Shown: positions 1 to 14,115, counted from the stretch's first letter. The stretch: 64,000 nt of DNA from Adineta vaga (GCA_021613535.1 CP075495.1:248001-312000), one strand, 5' to 3'. The notes: generated by a model from the letters alone, not told the origin. Numbers and translations are program-made.

Positions 1-389
1 CCGTCTCTTGATTTACAAAAAGCTAGTGAAAGGGCTGCTGAATTCTCGGTAATAGTTCTATACTAATTAAGTCAGTTTTAGAAGTTAAGAACACACATAC
101 TTCGACAGATATACTATCGTAAAATGCTATAATGTGAAATATATTCATTAGACTTATTACAAGTCAATATGATAGCCTACAACCTTTTCAATTATTATAA
201 CTCAAAGATGGACCATTTCTTAGAAAGTCATATGACTTAGTTTCGTACAGACAACTACGCAAGTGTGATCTGTCCAACAGTTTGATCGATTCAAAAGTTT
301 CACACACATTTTCTATGTCATATAGAATAAGATTTCATTTCTGTTGTATTAATTTGATAGAATAATTATATTTGTTTTTGTTATTTTAG

Positions 390-1236
390 ATATGGGATAG
401 AGATTTCCTGTCAGAACATAAAGCTCAATGCCAAAACTATCGTAATGATAGTGAAGAAATAAAAAAAAATAAAACATATGGCATATTAGCATCTTATCAT
501 CCATGTGGAGTTGCAGTAGGCTTTACGGAAGCAATTAAAGCTGAAGGTATGTTCATTTAAAAACTTCTATAAATAAGATTTCATGTTCTAGAGTTACAAA
601 ATCTTAGAAAATCTTGAAATGATGTGAAAAACTCTCGTTTATCATGTTTTAATAGGAATGCGATCAGTGACTCGTCATCTTTTACTCATGATCATTGGTG
701 GTTTTCTTATGCCAGATGCACTAATACATGATTGCGCCTGCACATTGAAGCTCCACTGGAATAAATGGCTAGGTACAGATATGCTTAAGTCGTCGACATT
801 AACACAACAGCTTCCAATTCATCTTGCTCTCGATAACTTCCATCAAAAAACACATTCGAGAGCAATGTGTCAAACCATTATGAAATCTGATCACCCATCA
901 CATGAAGGACGATTTATTGGTTTAAACAGTCAAGCAGCTGAACAAGCATTTCAATATATATCCCGAGCGAAATTTGCATTACGAAATTTCTCATTTCCAC
1001 ATTCGACAATAATGTTATTGATTATACTCCATCTCCTGAATTTCAAAATGACCGGCCTCAACTTAGAAACAATTGGTTTAGGATCGCTGTATTTTGGTGA
1101 TATAATCAAGGACTTTTCCCCTACACCATGTGTATATGAACGCTTCGGCTCGTTAAACGATGAAGAACTGAACAAAAATGAAGATGATGATCACTCAGAT
1201 CTTGATCATAATGTTACATCTGAAGATATGTCATAG
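390..1236 (+). CDS. 3' exons of a KDZ (Kyakuja-Dileera-Zisupton)/CxC-type transposase-like gene; 5' part unresolved or outside the window
   Basis: Exon 390-546 (IWDRDF...TYGILASYHPCGVAVGFTEAIKAE) splices through a GT-AG intron at 547-655 into ORF 658-1236. Motifs G.l....PCG, HDCAC, LDNFH...H...C and NSQAAEQ match the KDZ transposase core. Confidence 0.65.
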
Positions 1237-1896
1237 TTTTGTTTACATAATTTTTTCCACAAATAACGTCCTGTTGAATATCTGAAGATTGTACTTTTGT
1301 TGTAACTATAACTTCGTGTTTATATAGTTTTCTTCTTGGTTTGATTCTATATTTGTTATCTAGAAATTGAAAATAAATACTTGATTTGAACTGATTTATT
1401 GCATTGTTAATAAATTTGTTTAATGCATTATAATGCATTATCATGAGGAGTGTGCTAGTGATAACAATCAATCATATTTTAATACTTTTGCATTGACTAA
1501 GACGATTATCACATTCTTCAATGATTATATAATTTGATGTTAGATAATATTTTCTTATTTTTGTAAAGTAATAGGCGAAAATTCAATGTTAGTAAGATCT
1601 ATTTCTGCCAAAAAATTATCTCAAGAAAAGATCAGTGCATCATGACAATCATGTATAATTGTGAGGGAAATAAGTAATTAAAAGTACACGAATAAATATA
1701 ATAATAAAAATTAATCTTTAAATAGAACTTTTATCTCGTTTCAGAATAAGCAAAGCAATCATTATTCAGTTCCGATATTTACTTCCCTTTTACCATTTTT
1801 ATGGTTGACGCTATATGAGTATAATTTGAATTTGTACATAACAGAAAAAATAATTCAAATCATTTTGAAACACCATCTAAAATAAATAACAAGAAA

Positions 1897-2942
1897 ATGG
1901 CTCGAATATACCAAGGAGAAACAAGTTCATTATCATCAGCAATAATATCATCGAATAATGATGATATTAGTGATGATAATAATGATGATAATATGAATTC
2001 ACCAACAACCTTATCATTTCAAATATTATTAGATCAACTTAAACTCGCAAGAGATGAAAATCGAAGTTTGCAAAACGAAATTGAAAATCTAAAAGAAAAA
2101 TTAATGGAAAAGTAGATATTTAAAGATTATTCAACGATTATTTTTTGTTTTTCAATATGATTTAGAAATGGAACAATAGTTGATACAGAAAATTTTGTCT
2201 TTCATTTACCTCGCGTTGTTTTTAATCAATCGAATGGTATGTTTGAAGACACCTTAAAAAAAATTCAAAATAAAATAATGAAAAAAAATGAACAATAATC
2301 TATGTTTAAAAAACAAAAAACGATCCGATGAAAAATAGATAAAGATTTTGACTTTAATTCCTCTTCTTGATGTTTAGTTGATTTGAATCCAAATGAAAAA
2401 ATCAGAGATAGGTTTTAAGAAATTTCTTCTCAAGAAAAATCGATTTTCATTAACTACACAAAATAATCTATTTTAATTGATATTTTAAATGGAAAAATAG
2501 AATTTCATCGATTTAATTGTGAGAATATTTTTTTAATCTATTATTGAATGTGAAGTCTATTAAACTCGTGAAAGTCAATTGAAATTTTAAAAACATACTT
2601 ACAGTTGTAAATAAAGTTTGATCGATTTTAAGTGGTGTTTTTTTAATAAAAATTTGATGAAAACTAGATAAAAATCGTAACATTCACATTGATAATTCAT
2701 CATAGACAATGCATTAAAATGCATTTCAGGTTTTTTGACATTTTACACGATCGATATATTTTTTCATTGTGATTTTTGATAGTTTTTCTTCAAATATTCT
2801 TCTTATGCTATTCAATTTTTTTCAGAAGGAGATGAACAACAACAACAACAACAACAACAGAAACAACACGAGCAAGATGAAGCGAAGAAGGAAAAAGAAT
2901 TAGAAAAGAAGAAAAAGATAAAAAAGCTATCAAAATTTTTAG
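1897..2942 (+). CDS. Putative multi-exon host gene fragment (coiled-coil, polyQ), function unknown
   Basis: ATG at 1897. GT-AG junction 2112-2165 keeps frame (MEK|NGTIVDTENFVFHLPRVVF). A further exon at ~2826-2942 encodes a polyQ and Lys/Glu-rich segment. Confidence 0.35.
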
Positions 2943-3230
2943 GTTTATCTTATATTCAATTAAAAAAATGTAGACAAAAGAGAATCACAATAACATGTAG
3001 CCAGGTCATTGTAACGACAAACTGGTTGAGTAGCTGACCGCTTCTCACGGTATAGATGTTTATTCGGCTATCTCACATACCCAGAGTGTCCCCACTCTAC
3101 AATACAATGCACGCTTATATAGAGAGAGGAAGAGGAAGATGAAGAGAGAGAGGAACAAGAGGATACGCATGATTGGGAGAGATGATCACATATTGATATC
3201 ACCTCAGGGGGTGATATCTTTATCGTTACA

Positions 3231-3240
3231 CCCTCCCACT
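3231..3240 (-). promoter_or_regulatory. Polypurine tract AGTGGGAGGG
   Basis: Directly precedes the 3' LTR on the minus strand. Confidence 0.85.
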
Positions 3241-4484
3241 CAAAGCAGACGCACTCCTGGGCGTCTTTACATATAACACCACTATAATCAGAAACAAATA
3301 ACAATATGAAAAGAAAAAAAAAACGAAATAAACTGCAGAACAGAAGTTACACATACAGAAAAACTTCAGATTAACAAACTTATCTGTTACAATTATTAAG
3401 CATATAATTTCGAGCACACTGTTTAGCATGAACCAAAAAATTTTTTTTTTTTTCTCAAGCAATACACCGACAGTAACTACAGCATTACATTAGTTAATCA
3501 ACACGACTATAAAAATTTTCGACTTCACATGGAGCTTTTCTTTGGTATTTCATACAGAAATCAACACTTTCAAAGTTAATTGTCATAAGTTTCCTTTGAT
3601 CATTGATTTAATCACCAGCATAATATAAATAACCAATAAATAACACGTATTAATTTTCACATTTATCGATCACCTAATTCATTTATTTAAATATAATTTT
3701 CCTTGCCATAAAGGGAATTTAATCTAGTGCATAAACGATACCTAGAACAATCCCTAATGATATATACCATTTTGATTTAATCTATCTTTTTATCTAAGAA
3801 AGATGACTGAATGTAAAGCTATTTCACACATAAACTTCACATGTGATGCATTGGTAATCATTGTCTTGACAATTTTGGATAAGATGCAGATGGTGATAAA
3901 AAGATAATAATCGATTGACCATCTCATTGACAATAAATGATTGATGATCGTTTACGGCCGATATACAATCACCTTCATTTTCATCAATAAAAATTTGACT
4001 TATCGAATTGAGAAAAAAAAATGAATGAAGCAAGAATAAGGTATACAATCAAGAAGAAGAAACATGAAACGTACTGATGTTAATAAGGAAGTGCGTATGG
4101 GCGCCGCACTGTCGGCAACAAAACAAACCGTCCTTTAGTACGTTAACTGATGATCTGTTACATCGTTTTGCAGTACGAACAACATAATACTGCAGTTGTT
4201 AACAATGTCATGTTCTTCAGCTCTCATCTTAACCTTTCTTCTTTTCATCAATTCAAATTTTTTTTACCGTTTTCTGTTGTCTAGTTGAATAATGCTTTAA
4301 ATTTGTCCTTGTGTATAAATATCATTCATAACTTGAATTGTGTATCACCAGTTGTTTTTATTTTTTCAAATAACTTCTAAATACTGCATCATATTCAACC
4401 AAATTAGTAGATCTTGATATGGTTCATAATCGTTGTTGGTATTCCTGGCAAGGATGTTCGAACGGATAGATGGAAGTTCGTCTG

Positions 4485-4496
4485 CCAGAGTCGCCA
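4485..4496 (-). promoter_or_regulatory. Primer-binding site TGGCGACTCTGG, probably tRNA-Arg
   Basis: Directly follows the 5' LTR on the minus strand. Complementary to a ...CCAGAGTCG-CCA tRNA 3' end, as in metazoan tRNA-Arg(TCT). Confidence 0.75.
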
Positions 4497-7400
4497 TGTA
4501 ACGACAAACTGGTTGAGTAGCTGACCGCTTCTCACGGTATAGATGTTTATTCGGCTATCTCACATACCCAGAGTGTCCCCACTCTACAATACAATGCACG
4601 CTTATATAGAGAGAGGAAGAGGAAGATGAAGAGAGAGAGGAACAAGAGGATACGCATGATTGGGAGAGATGATCACATATTGATATCACCTCAGGGGGTG
4701 ATATCTTTATCGTTACAGTCATCAAAAAATATATCCGTCACGTGATCAATGGGCGAAAAAACATATTTTGACGATGTTCCCAATCAAAAAGGAGGCAATT
4801 CGTTGGAAGTATATTCTCTTGCTCGTAGAAGAGTCTTACAAAAATAAATTATTTACGTGCATGTCCGCATTTTACTGAGTGCTCGAAGAATAAGTTAGAG
4901 ATAAAGATAACTATTCTTCATAGAACTTGCCTAAAGAATAATCGAGGGTAGTAAGTTGAAATCTGATGACGGTTTTAATTAGTTATCAAGAATTTACTGA
5001 TTACTTATTAATGAATTATCAATTAATATTTTCTATATAACTTGATCAAACGGTAGTCGAGGTTGAAGATCATAGATCTGTTGTTAGTTGCTGAGAATCT
5101 CTTTGAGGATCGTTTTTTTAAGGAGCGGACCAGGTTTTGGAAAAACAAAGACTTTTATAAGGATCGAACAAAAAAATACTCGTTGTAGTGGAATGGAATT
5201 TGTGATCAGATTTTTTAAATTGATAGATGAAAAGATCAGTAGAACTGTGTAGATCGCGGTTTTTATGAGAAAGAGTTGGGTGAGTCTCTCGACGAACTTT
5301 CCTCGTTCGAGTTTCGGACTTATTTTACTACGACCGATATCTTCCTATTTGTAAAAACTTCTCTGGTATTATTTTCAGAAATCTGTATTGGTATTCGATA
5401 GCGAAACGTACAACGTTTATCATGAAACACTGGACAATATCCGAAGATTAACTAGATAGTATTGACACGACTTAAATGAATAACACGCAGAGACATAGCT
5501 GAGAAATTTCGTATATATTCACCTTGAATTTATCTTGTATGTACTGCTTAAAATGATCATCTTTCGCTGACATACATAATTATAATCTTCCAGCACATGT
5601 ATATAACGCTTTCACTTACTCATATATTGCTACGAAAGAAAATAATCTCATTTTTACTGTTCTACATAAGAATAAAGATCTAACAATATCAATAGCATCC
5701 GTCTTGTTGGATCATTGAATAGACTAATATAATTTAAGAATTTATCGCAACCAGCAAAGCTCGTTGAGGGAGTCGTTCTACTTTTTCTCGTAGAAATCAT
5801 CACTTGTGGTGCTATCGACCTTACTTCGTCATGTATAAAATTTGGAAAAACCAACATCAGATTCGTGAGTCTCGACCACGATTATCTGCCGGCCAAGCGT
5901 TTTAGTTAAAAAATTCGTTTACTTGTCTTTTCTTTTTTGATCAATCAGTAGACTGCGAACACAAATAATCTAGCAGATCATTTATATTTGCATGGCTCTT
6001 TTCTACGAGAGATAAAATAATATTCTCTCTTTTGATAAAACGAAATAACTTTAAAACGATTTTTTTCTAGCATTCGCCCGATTGGTGCACCCAAAAAAGA
6101 AAAAAACACCAGATTACATCCTCAACAACGCCATGGGCAATGTGTTTGCCAATGCACGTTTGTAACAAAAAAAATATTTTGTTATAAAATCAAGTAAGAA
6201 GAATTTTTTGAAAACGTCTATTCAAATGGTACGGATACAGAGCGTGCTTGTTCGAAAAAATGTCTAATTATTGGTTAGAAATTTCATCAGTAGGTAATAG
6301 CTATAATTTGCAACAAATTCAATACTTTTGCTGTCATTGAATCGAAAATTTTCAAATCGAGTTTCAAAATTATTATTTTTAGTAGTTGCTGATGAAATTG
6401 CAGAATCATGCAGGTGTAAATTATCTTCAATCATTTTTTAAATGATAAGGGCATTTTGATTCATATAATTTAATAAGCTTTACTAACCTTGTTATGCTGT
6501 TTATTTGAATATACTAGTTAGTTTAATATAATCAGTAATCGTTTTAATGAGTTGATGAAATAGATGATATAAAGATAGTAGTGGTACACATAAATAATAA
6601 ATTAAAAGTTCAAATATTCCTTCTATAAATTTATCTTTATCATCTATTGCAAATGCGATTGATAATCAATTAGAATCAATAATAAACCACAAATATCGAT
6701 ATTCACTTGTTTATTGTGTTATTGTTTCTAATTCATAATCATTAATAATAAATTTTGATATATTAGAAACACATTTTATACATGAATGTCGTATTTGTGA
6801 TTAACTTGAATCGATTAAAACACTGAAACATTTTTCATACATTAAATTTCATTTGAAATTGGATAAACTAAATGATAATTTTTTTCGATAGATTTTTCTT
6901 TTTGATAAATATTGATGATAGATATTTGCAATATATCTTTGTAAATGGATTGATTGTTGAAGAATTTGTTTGTGACATTTAACAAGACGCACTGCATATG
7001 TTTGACGTTGATAAAATTTATAAACGAATGTATCTAAAAACATCGATGATGATAAATTTGGAAGAATGATATCGAAACGAGGAAAAAGGTTCCATAGACA
7101 ATGTTCAAAAAATATATTTAAATCGCAAACAACATTATTGTCAATTTCTGGTAAAGACGTATCATCCGATGAGATAATTTGTAATATTTTTCGTGAATGA
7201 AAAGCACTTCTCGATGCACATCAATCAAAAAATAGTATTCCGAATTATGTAGAGATATTGGAGAAGGACATGATTGATGATGTAGATTCTCTGTAGATGA
7301 ATCGACAAGAATAACGAAGTATTTTCGTTTGAAAAGATTCTCAATCTTACAAATATGTTCGGTTTTGTCGATTAATTATGGAATATATACGATATGACGA

Positions 7401-9043
7401 AGTTGTTGTCCAATTTAACCATTAATCACAATTATTAGAACATTTCCACAGATATTACTTTTATATTTTTGAAATTTATCTTATGATTCAAAAGAATTAC
7501 CAATTATATTCTAAAGAAATAATTCTCTTAGTACAATTATAATCAAATAATAATAATAACTTACTAAATTTAGTAATTCCGTTATAATTATTTGTAATTG
7601 TTCACTAAGACCAATTGCATGTCAAAAGAAAGAATATGTTTCTCAGCATAATGTATATAACACATTATGCTTTGTTGGTGAGCCTGAACGACGACATCAA
7701 ATGTTTCATTTATTGTTTATATATTTACCTTTTTAATTATTTGATATTATTTGAAATTAAAAGACACATTAGGAAAATGTTCTTCTCAATGCTTTGGAGT
7801 TAAATTTCATCTACTTTCCTTTTGCTTTTTTCCGATAAAAAAGAAAAATGTTAATATAAAAGGAAGAGGGAGAAAAACAGGTACATATTTAGGGGAGGAA
7901 AAAGAAAATTAATAATTTTATCTAACATAAAATCCCTAAAATTATTCCGCTAACTGAGTTTGTATGGATGCATATAAGCAAATCTGTTTTCTTCCTATTT
8001 ATATTTTATCATATTATTTGGGTTACTCATTTAGAAAAAGTATTATCATTCATTGAATAAAATTAAACCATGACGACTTTATCATCTAAACATCAATGTG
8101 ACGAATGTTATTGAATTTATACTGTATCATCAATCATTTGAGGGTGAAAGATAGATATGAAATCATGATTATTTTTTGTCGTATTTGTTGTTGAGAAAAT
8201 TTCTTTTGCCATGAACAAAAAAAAAGCTCGATATCTTCTGTGTGCTGATTCGATTATTTTTCGGTCAATACTGTTTATGGTATGATATTGATCATTTTCT
8301 CGACAAAACTATTCATTGTCGAAGAATATTGTGACAGTGGAAATGTTCAGACTATTTCTCCCAACTACCTAGGTCCACCAGTCCCATACTAGGATATCAT
8401 CGAAACAAAATAAAATATTTATTTTTCATAACAAATGTTTCGTAAATGTATGGGGAAGTACTTTTACTGAAAGTATTTGAGTATTGATTCAATTCATAAC
8501 AACATGAACAAAGCTATTTATTCACACATGCTGGTTTTACCCAAATTAAACCCACATTTTAAATAAGAGCATTCTTCATATTTTGCATGCCATTTACTAG
8601 TATGTATACAATCACCACCTGAATTATCATTGATATAAAATTCATGTCTACACTTATGACCAGTATGTGTCGATATTATGTATCCATTTGAAAAATATTA
8701 AAGGAAAAAAAAACATTCATATTGAACACCGACTATTAATACTTACTTTCAAATGATTCATCGTGATAAATTGAGCTTCTTTTTTTCTTTGAAAATTAAC
8801 ATTATTTTGTAACTCTTCAATCTGATGCTGTCTTCACTACAATCTGACACCAATGCACGATTAGAACCCAATCGTCATCAGATTCATTATGAAACCTTAC
8901 CTAAACTCAACAATAAAGACAATTTCCATGATGGAAATTGGGAAATTCTCGATTATGCCCATTATGCCCAGCATAAACAAGAGTCCATAATGGACCTAAT
9001 TTCCATGATGAAAATTGAGTTTCCCGGAAAACGCTATAACGCA

Positions 9044-10005
9044 TCAAATCGATCAGATCGACAAATTTATTGGAAATTTTGGATATTGATTGTGATGAAG
9101 TAAAAGCATTAAAAAATGATGCTTGCTATACCTGTTTAGGTAAACCATTTGTTAAACAAGGAATCTAGTTCAGTTCAGAAAACTTACTCGATGCATTAAA
9201 AGAGAAACACGAAAGTTACAAGAAAAAGAATGCATATCAACAACGACAAAATATCTCATCAAATTCAATTTTATCATCATTACCACCATTACCATCAATC
9301 ACAAATATTGATGATAGCAGCAACTTATCTACACAAACTGACACTATCGATACATCAACAAGTAGTTTGTCAATGACAACGACATCAGCTGCAGATGCTG
9401 CAGGTGTTAATTTGCTTGCTGAAAAACCTTTATATTCAGTCATAAATGATGATATTATTTTTATCAAAGATATGATAGAGAAGTTTTCTCGTAAAACATT
9501 CCTGCCAACTATTTTACGACTCAATGAAAATTATGAGTTAATAGTTATACATATTAATGGATCATTCAAAGCTACAATTAAATGTAAATGTCGTACAAAG
9601 TTGACATTACCAATACGATCTGAACCATCCAATTTTGTTTTATCGAATTTTTATGCTCATTTGACAACTTCAACATGTCCTATAGTCGATCGAATTCTTA
9701 AAGAAGAAAAACGATTACGTAATAAGCAAACAGCAAGACAATCGATTCCACCAGCAATTCAATCAATTTCAACAGCAACTCAATCTATTTTACCATCAAA
9801 TCAATCGATCTCATCAGCAAATCCACGAACTGAACAAACAACTACTTTGAACAGTAACAATGAAAATGTGAGAAATCAACCGAAAAGAAAAGATCAACAT
9901 GATGGTTTATCCAATGGTCGAACAAACTCCACCATTACTAAAAATCAAAAGACCCAAAAAAGGATTTATCAATTTAGAATGTGTCAAAACAAATTTCTCT
10001 CCTAG
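9044..10005 (+). pseudogene. Accessory ORF1 of the P-like transposon (N-terminal helical module, low-complexity linker, putative Cys/His zinc-binding motif)
   Basis: The reading frame runs from ~9044 into ORF 9367-10005 with one internal stop (~9166). It contains CKC...LSNFYAHL...C. Its N-terminus resembles the N-terminus of the downstream transposase. Confidence 0.55.
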
Positions 10006-10356
10006 TCATTTTATTTATAGATATATTAGTGATTTCTCATACTATACTTTTATTTACAAATATTTATACTGATTGATATGTATAAATAAATTTTGAATAA
10101 ATATAAATTAGGCAATATATAAAACTTGTATGTTTTTATTTAATAAATTCTCTAGTAGTCCAAAGTTTGGCCTTCGAACTTCGTTCCTGAGGAATTATCT
10201 ATTGGCTCGTAATAGTATGTCGTTCTTCAAAATTGCCGTGGATTCACTCAGTTCCGACTCACCTTATATTTAAATATAGATGATTTTTTTCTACTGTATT
10301 GTCCATCTATTTATTAATCGACACTATTACACAAAAATAATTTTAGATATTTAGAT

Positions 10357-12860
10357 ATGAATACAAATTCTTCAATAGATATTAGAAACATTAGATTTGA
10401 TGCTTTTTTCAATCTTATTGAAACAATGACTAGTAGCATTGAAGTTGAAATTTTAAAAGCTCATGGTATCAACAATGTTATGTCTCTATTACGAGCTCAA
10501 GATCTATGTTCCATTTTCCAATTTGATTGTAAAGAATTATATAATTCAAGACATCGTGCGTGTCTAAAATTGAAAAGTGGTGAATTTATGCTACGTCCAG
10601 CGATAAAAAATAATCTCGATTATTGTATTAATTTATTAACATTACAGTTACGTGAACAATTATCACATCAATCAGAAAATCATAATCAAGGCTTAACTGT
10701 TATTAGTAATCAACCTGATAGTTTCACAAATACATTTATTAATGGTCTTAATGATAATATGAACCGTTCTAAATATCGATACCAATACAACTCACGTATG
10801 CAACGATTTGCATCATCTGTTTATACACTACGAGGTCGAAATGTTTATCAATTTTTACGATTAAATTTACCTGGTGCATTTCAGTCTATACCAACATTAG
10901 AAGCATATCATAATGAGTTTTGTACAAACATCGAAGAAGGTGAATTTCGTTTTCACGAATTAATTAATTATTCGAATAAAATCAATTGTTCTTATGTATT
11001 TATTTCCGAAGATTGTACCGGTGTTATTAGTAAAATCTCATATGATATTCAAAGCAATTCGTTTATAGGATTTTGTCCACAATTGAACAATGGTATTCCA
11101 TCAACTCGACAGTATCAAACTGATGATTTTCATGAATTAGAAAAATGGTTTGATACAGTAGAAAAATCAACACTAGTCAGTATTCATACTGTTCAACCTG
11201 TAGCATCTGAAAGTTCAGCACCATTTCTTTTGTCAAGCTTCGGTACTAACAATCAAATTACTTCAATTTCTATACTTTCTCTATGGTTATTTATTTTTGA
11301 CAACTGCCTTGCTGGTAATATCAGAGTAGTTGGGTATTCCAGTGATGCTGATCCAAAGTTCCTGAAAGCCATGAGACTAGCGACAGGTTAGATATACCGT
11401 GGAAATTACTTTTTTTAATCATTTCATTTTTAAGGATATTTTTCTCAATTACCCAATTTCAACTTATTGAATAGAAATGATATTTTTGAAACAAAAATTC
11501 CGCAATCATGGATATGGTTTTATATGCGTGCGAAACAATTGTTTCTATGTTTCCAGGATAGTATTCATTTAGCAACAAAATTAAGAAATAGATTATTATC
11601 AAAAACAGCATCGTTATTAATGGGTGGTTATCAAGTATCGGTGGTAGATCTCCAGAATTTGATTAACAATCGTTCGAAGCTAGAACACAATTTAGTTCTA
11701 TCGGATACATACGTGAAAGATCGGCAAAATTACGCGTCATGTGTAAAGATATCTTCATCTAATATACTAGATATGTTAAATGAAAATGAAAGAACATATG
11801 GAATACACTGTTATTTATCAATTTTACATTCTGTTATTATTGCTTATGTAGATAAAACAACAAGTACATTGACGAGATTATTTCATGCTTGGTCAAATGT
11901 ATTTATTTGCAGATTTTGGCTATTATGTTTACGATTTAAATTAGTAGTTTCTACAAAAACAACCAATCGTGAAATTCCAATACCAGCTTCAAGAAAAATC
12001 GAACATCATTTTATAACATTTACAGCATTTCATTCGATTGAGTTGAATGCACATATGTTAACTTATATTTTGTTATTAGTTTTAGACAAAAAAGTTACCA
12101 ATTGAATCGTTCAACATTTTTCTGTTTAGCTCTCAACCGTGTGAGAACATGTTTCGAAATGCGAGAGCATTGACAAGGCCTTTTCGACTATGACAAATTT
12201 CAATATGCAACAATTCCTTTCAAAAACAAGGAAAATTTCAATATTGAATGATATTAAATGTTATGAAGAATCAAATAAAAATTCCAATGCAATTAAATTT
12301 CCTATACATTACAAGCAAAAGCGAAACAATACATCAGCATCAATATTAACAAATACAAATGAAATTAAGATGGATATTATCGAAGAAACCATTCATAATG
12401 CTTATGAATATGCAAAATCATCCATTGAAAAATTAGAAATGTCTTCGCTTTTAAAAAAAATGCATTTAAATTAGATGGTTTATGTTTAAATACACGTATT
12501 GTTTTACAAAAATTGATTTATATAACTGATAATTTTATATCAAATGATGACGATATTGAATATGATAGTGGTTTTGATGAAGAAATCAATGATGATTCAT
12601 CAACATTAAACATTAGTAGCCAAAGTGAAGATGAAGGTTCAGAAGAAGAAACTGAAACGAACTCAAAGAATCATTACCATGGAATGAGAATTTATTCTAA
12701 TGTTGCCGATAAAGACAAATACAAATTTTTCAAAATTAAAATTAATGGAAAGAAAAAATTTATCCACAAACAAACTGCCGTATGGTATTTGACTAATGGA
12801 AACAATCGATTATCATCAGATAGAACGCTACGTGTTCAACAAACGCATAAACAAACATGA
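10357..12860 (+). pseudogene. P-element/THAP9-superfamily-like DDE transposase, frameshifted
   Basis: Motifs YQFLRLNLPG, ISEDCT (D1), YSSDAD (D2), QDSIH (DxxH), KLRNRLL, DRQNY and SSQPCENMFR (E). Intron 11387-11434 keeps frame. Frameshifts near 12090, 12177 and 12460. Confidence 0.75.
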
Positions 12861-13254
12861 AGGTATTATTATTTGAAAATTACGTCAAAAAGGAGAAGAA
12901 CTCTTCTATTTCTTTCTATTGTAAAACTTATTCTGTACAATATATAACTGAAAAAAGATGTTGAGGATCCAATAAAATATATTTGTGATTTTGATGCGAT
13001 CATTTCACTTTTGTTTAGATCAGATTGGCTGCTTTTTTTAACGCAATAAAGACTACTTAGTAAGACTATGTCTAATTTATTCAAATCCATTGATTAACAA
13101 CGAATTTGTTTCTAATTCTTACACAATCTTTATATCGTATGTTTTTTCCACATGTTAGCATATCCAATAATGAGATAACCAGCTAAGAAGCAATTGTAAA
13201 TTTTAATTTCCAAAATACAGTAGTTAGAGATCGTTTTTGCATATACCAATCAGT

Positions 13255-13384
13255 CGGAATGGATGGAAATGTACAAGAATGCAAGAGAATGGCTGGGAAT
13301 GCGAAAGAATGTACGGGAATGCATGAGAATGTGCGGGAATGCACCAGAATACCGGAATGCCGGAATAAGATTTTTACCCCTCGA
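13255..13384 (+). repeat. Degenerate ~10-bp GGAATG tandem array, probable subterminal repeats and right end of the P-like element
   Basis: About 11 degenerate (G/A)GAAT(G) units, mostly at ~10-bp spacing, ending at TTTTTACCCCTCG. No matching left end found. Confidence 0.5.
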
Positions 13385-14115
13385 GTTCATCTATCTTTAG
13401 ACAACGAGGAAATAGGCACAAGTATGGCGTCTTGTAAGATACCACTATAGCAAATATTATGTCATCGTTTCGAGCAGCGAAAATAAAGCATTTTATTTTT
13501 CCACTTTTTCCTTTTTTTTATTTAAAATCCTCTTTTTTTTCGAAGGTTGATCCTATATTTTCCTCTTTTTCAACAAACTACCAGTGGCATACCAGTTCTT
13601 GAGTTGGAAGGCTCATTTTTTTGTATTCTGATGTTAGCATATTGTGTCGTCTGATCAATTAGCCGTTGGATCTTTTGAGTGTATGACGGATATTTTATAT
13701 AATTCTTTACAAAGTATTCATTGTTTGTTTGATTGTGTTAATTAGGTTTAATAGAATGGTATGAGAGCGTGTCGTATTTATTCGCCCCTTATCAGATTAG
13801 GTAATCACTTTCTCTATTTCGTCGATATTCTTTTCACAAGTAACGCTCGTCGTGCCGACTCACTTAACCCTCGACTGTGGAAGACAGGTACTTTCTGCAT
13901 GTGCCAATAGTTAGACAAATCGATAAAGCAACTTTATGTAGGAGGAAATGATTCAAAAATTTTTACTCAAATATATTTATTTTTAATTTCGAAAAAGAAA
14001 ATACTGAATTTTTATGTAAAATCATTGAGGATAAAACGTGTTTTGATCAGGAGCTTACAATATCACATAAGTATTAACAGTCGCATGCAAAATTAGGTAA
14101 AACAAATAAAGATCG

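Larger units (their letters stand above)
3010..4717 (-). mobile_element. Non-autonomous LTR retrotransposon (TRIM-like), recent insertion
   Basis: Two apparently identical 221-bp LTRs (3010-3230, 4497-4717) with TGTAACGA...TCGTTACA ends. 5-bp TSD GTCAT (3005-3009, 4718-4722). PBS and PPT on the minus strand. The 1.27-kb interior has no long ORF. Confidence 0.93.

Noticed and set aside
4740-6092. Possible old TIR element (GTGATCAATGGGCGAA versus TTCGCCCGATTGGTGCAC)
   Set aside because: TIR similarity is weak, there is no TSD, and no recognisable transposase motif.
6849-7170. Possible minus-strand coding remnant
   Set aside because: Short, with no recognisable motif and no supportable splice structure.
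8921-9018. Twice-repeated palindrome AATTTCCATGATG(G/A)AAATT and the 92-aa ORF 8825-9103
   Set aside because: Probably a small repeat remnant disrupting ORF1; its boundaries cannot be defined.
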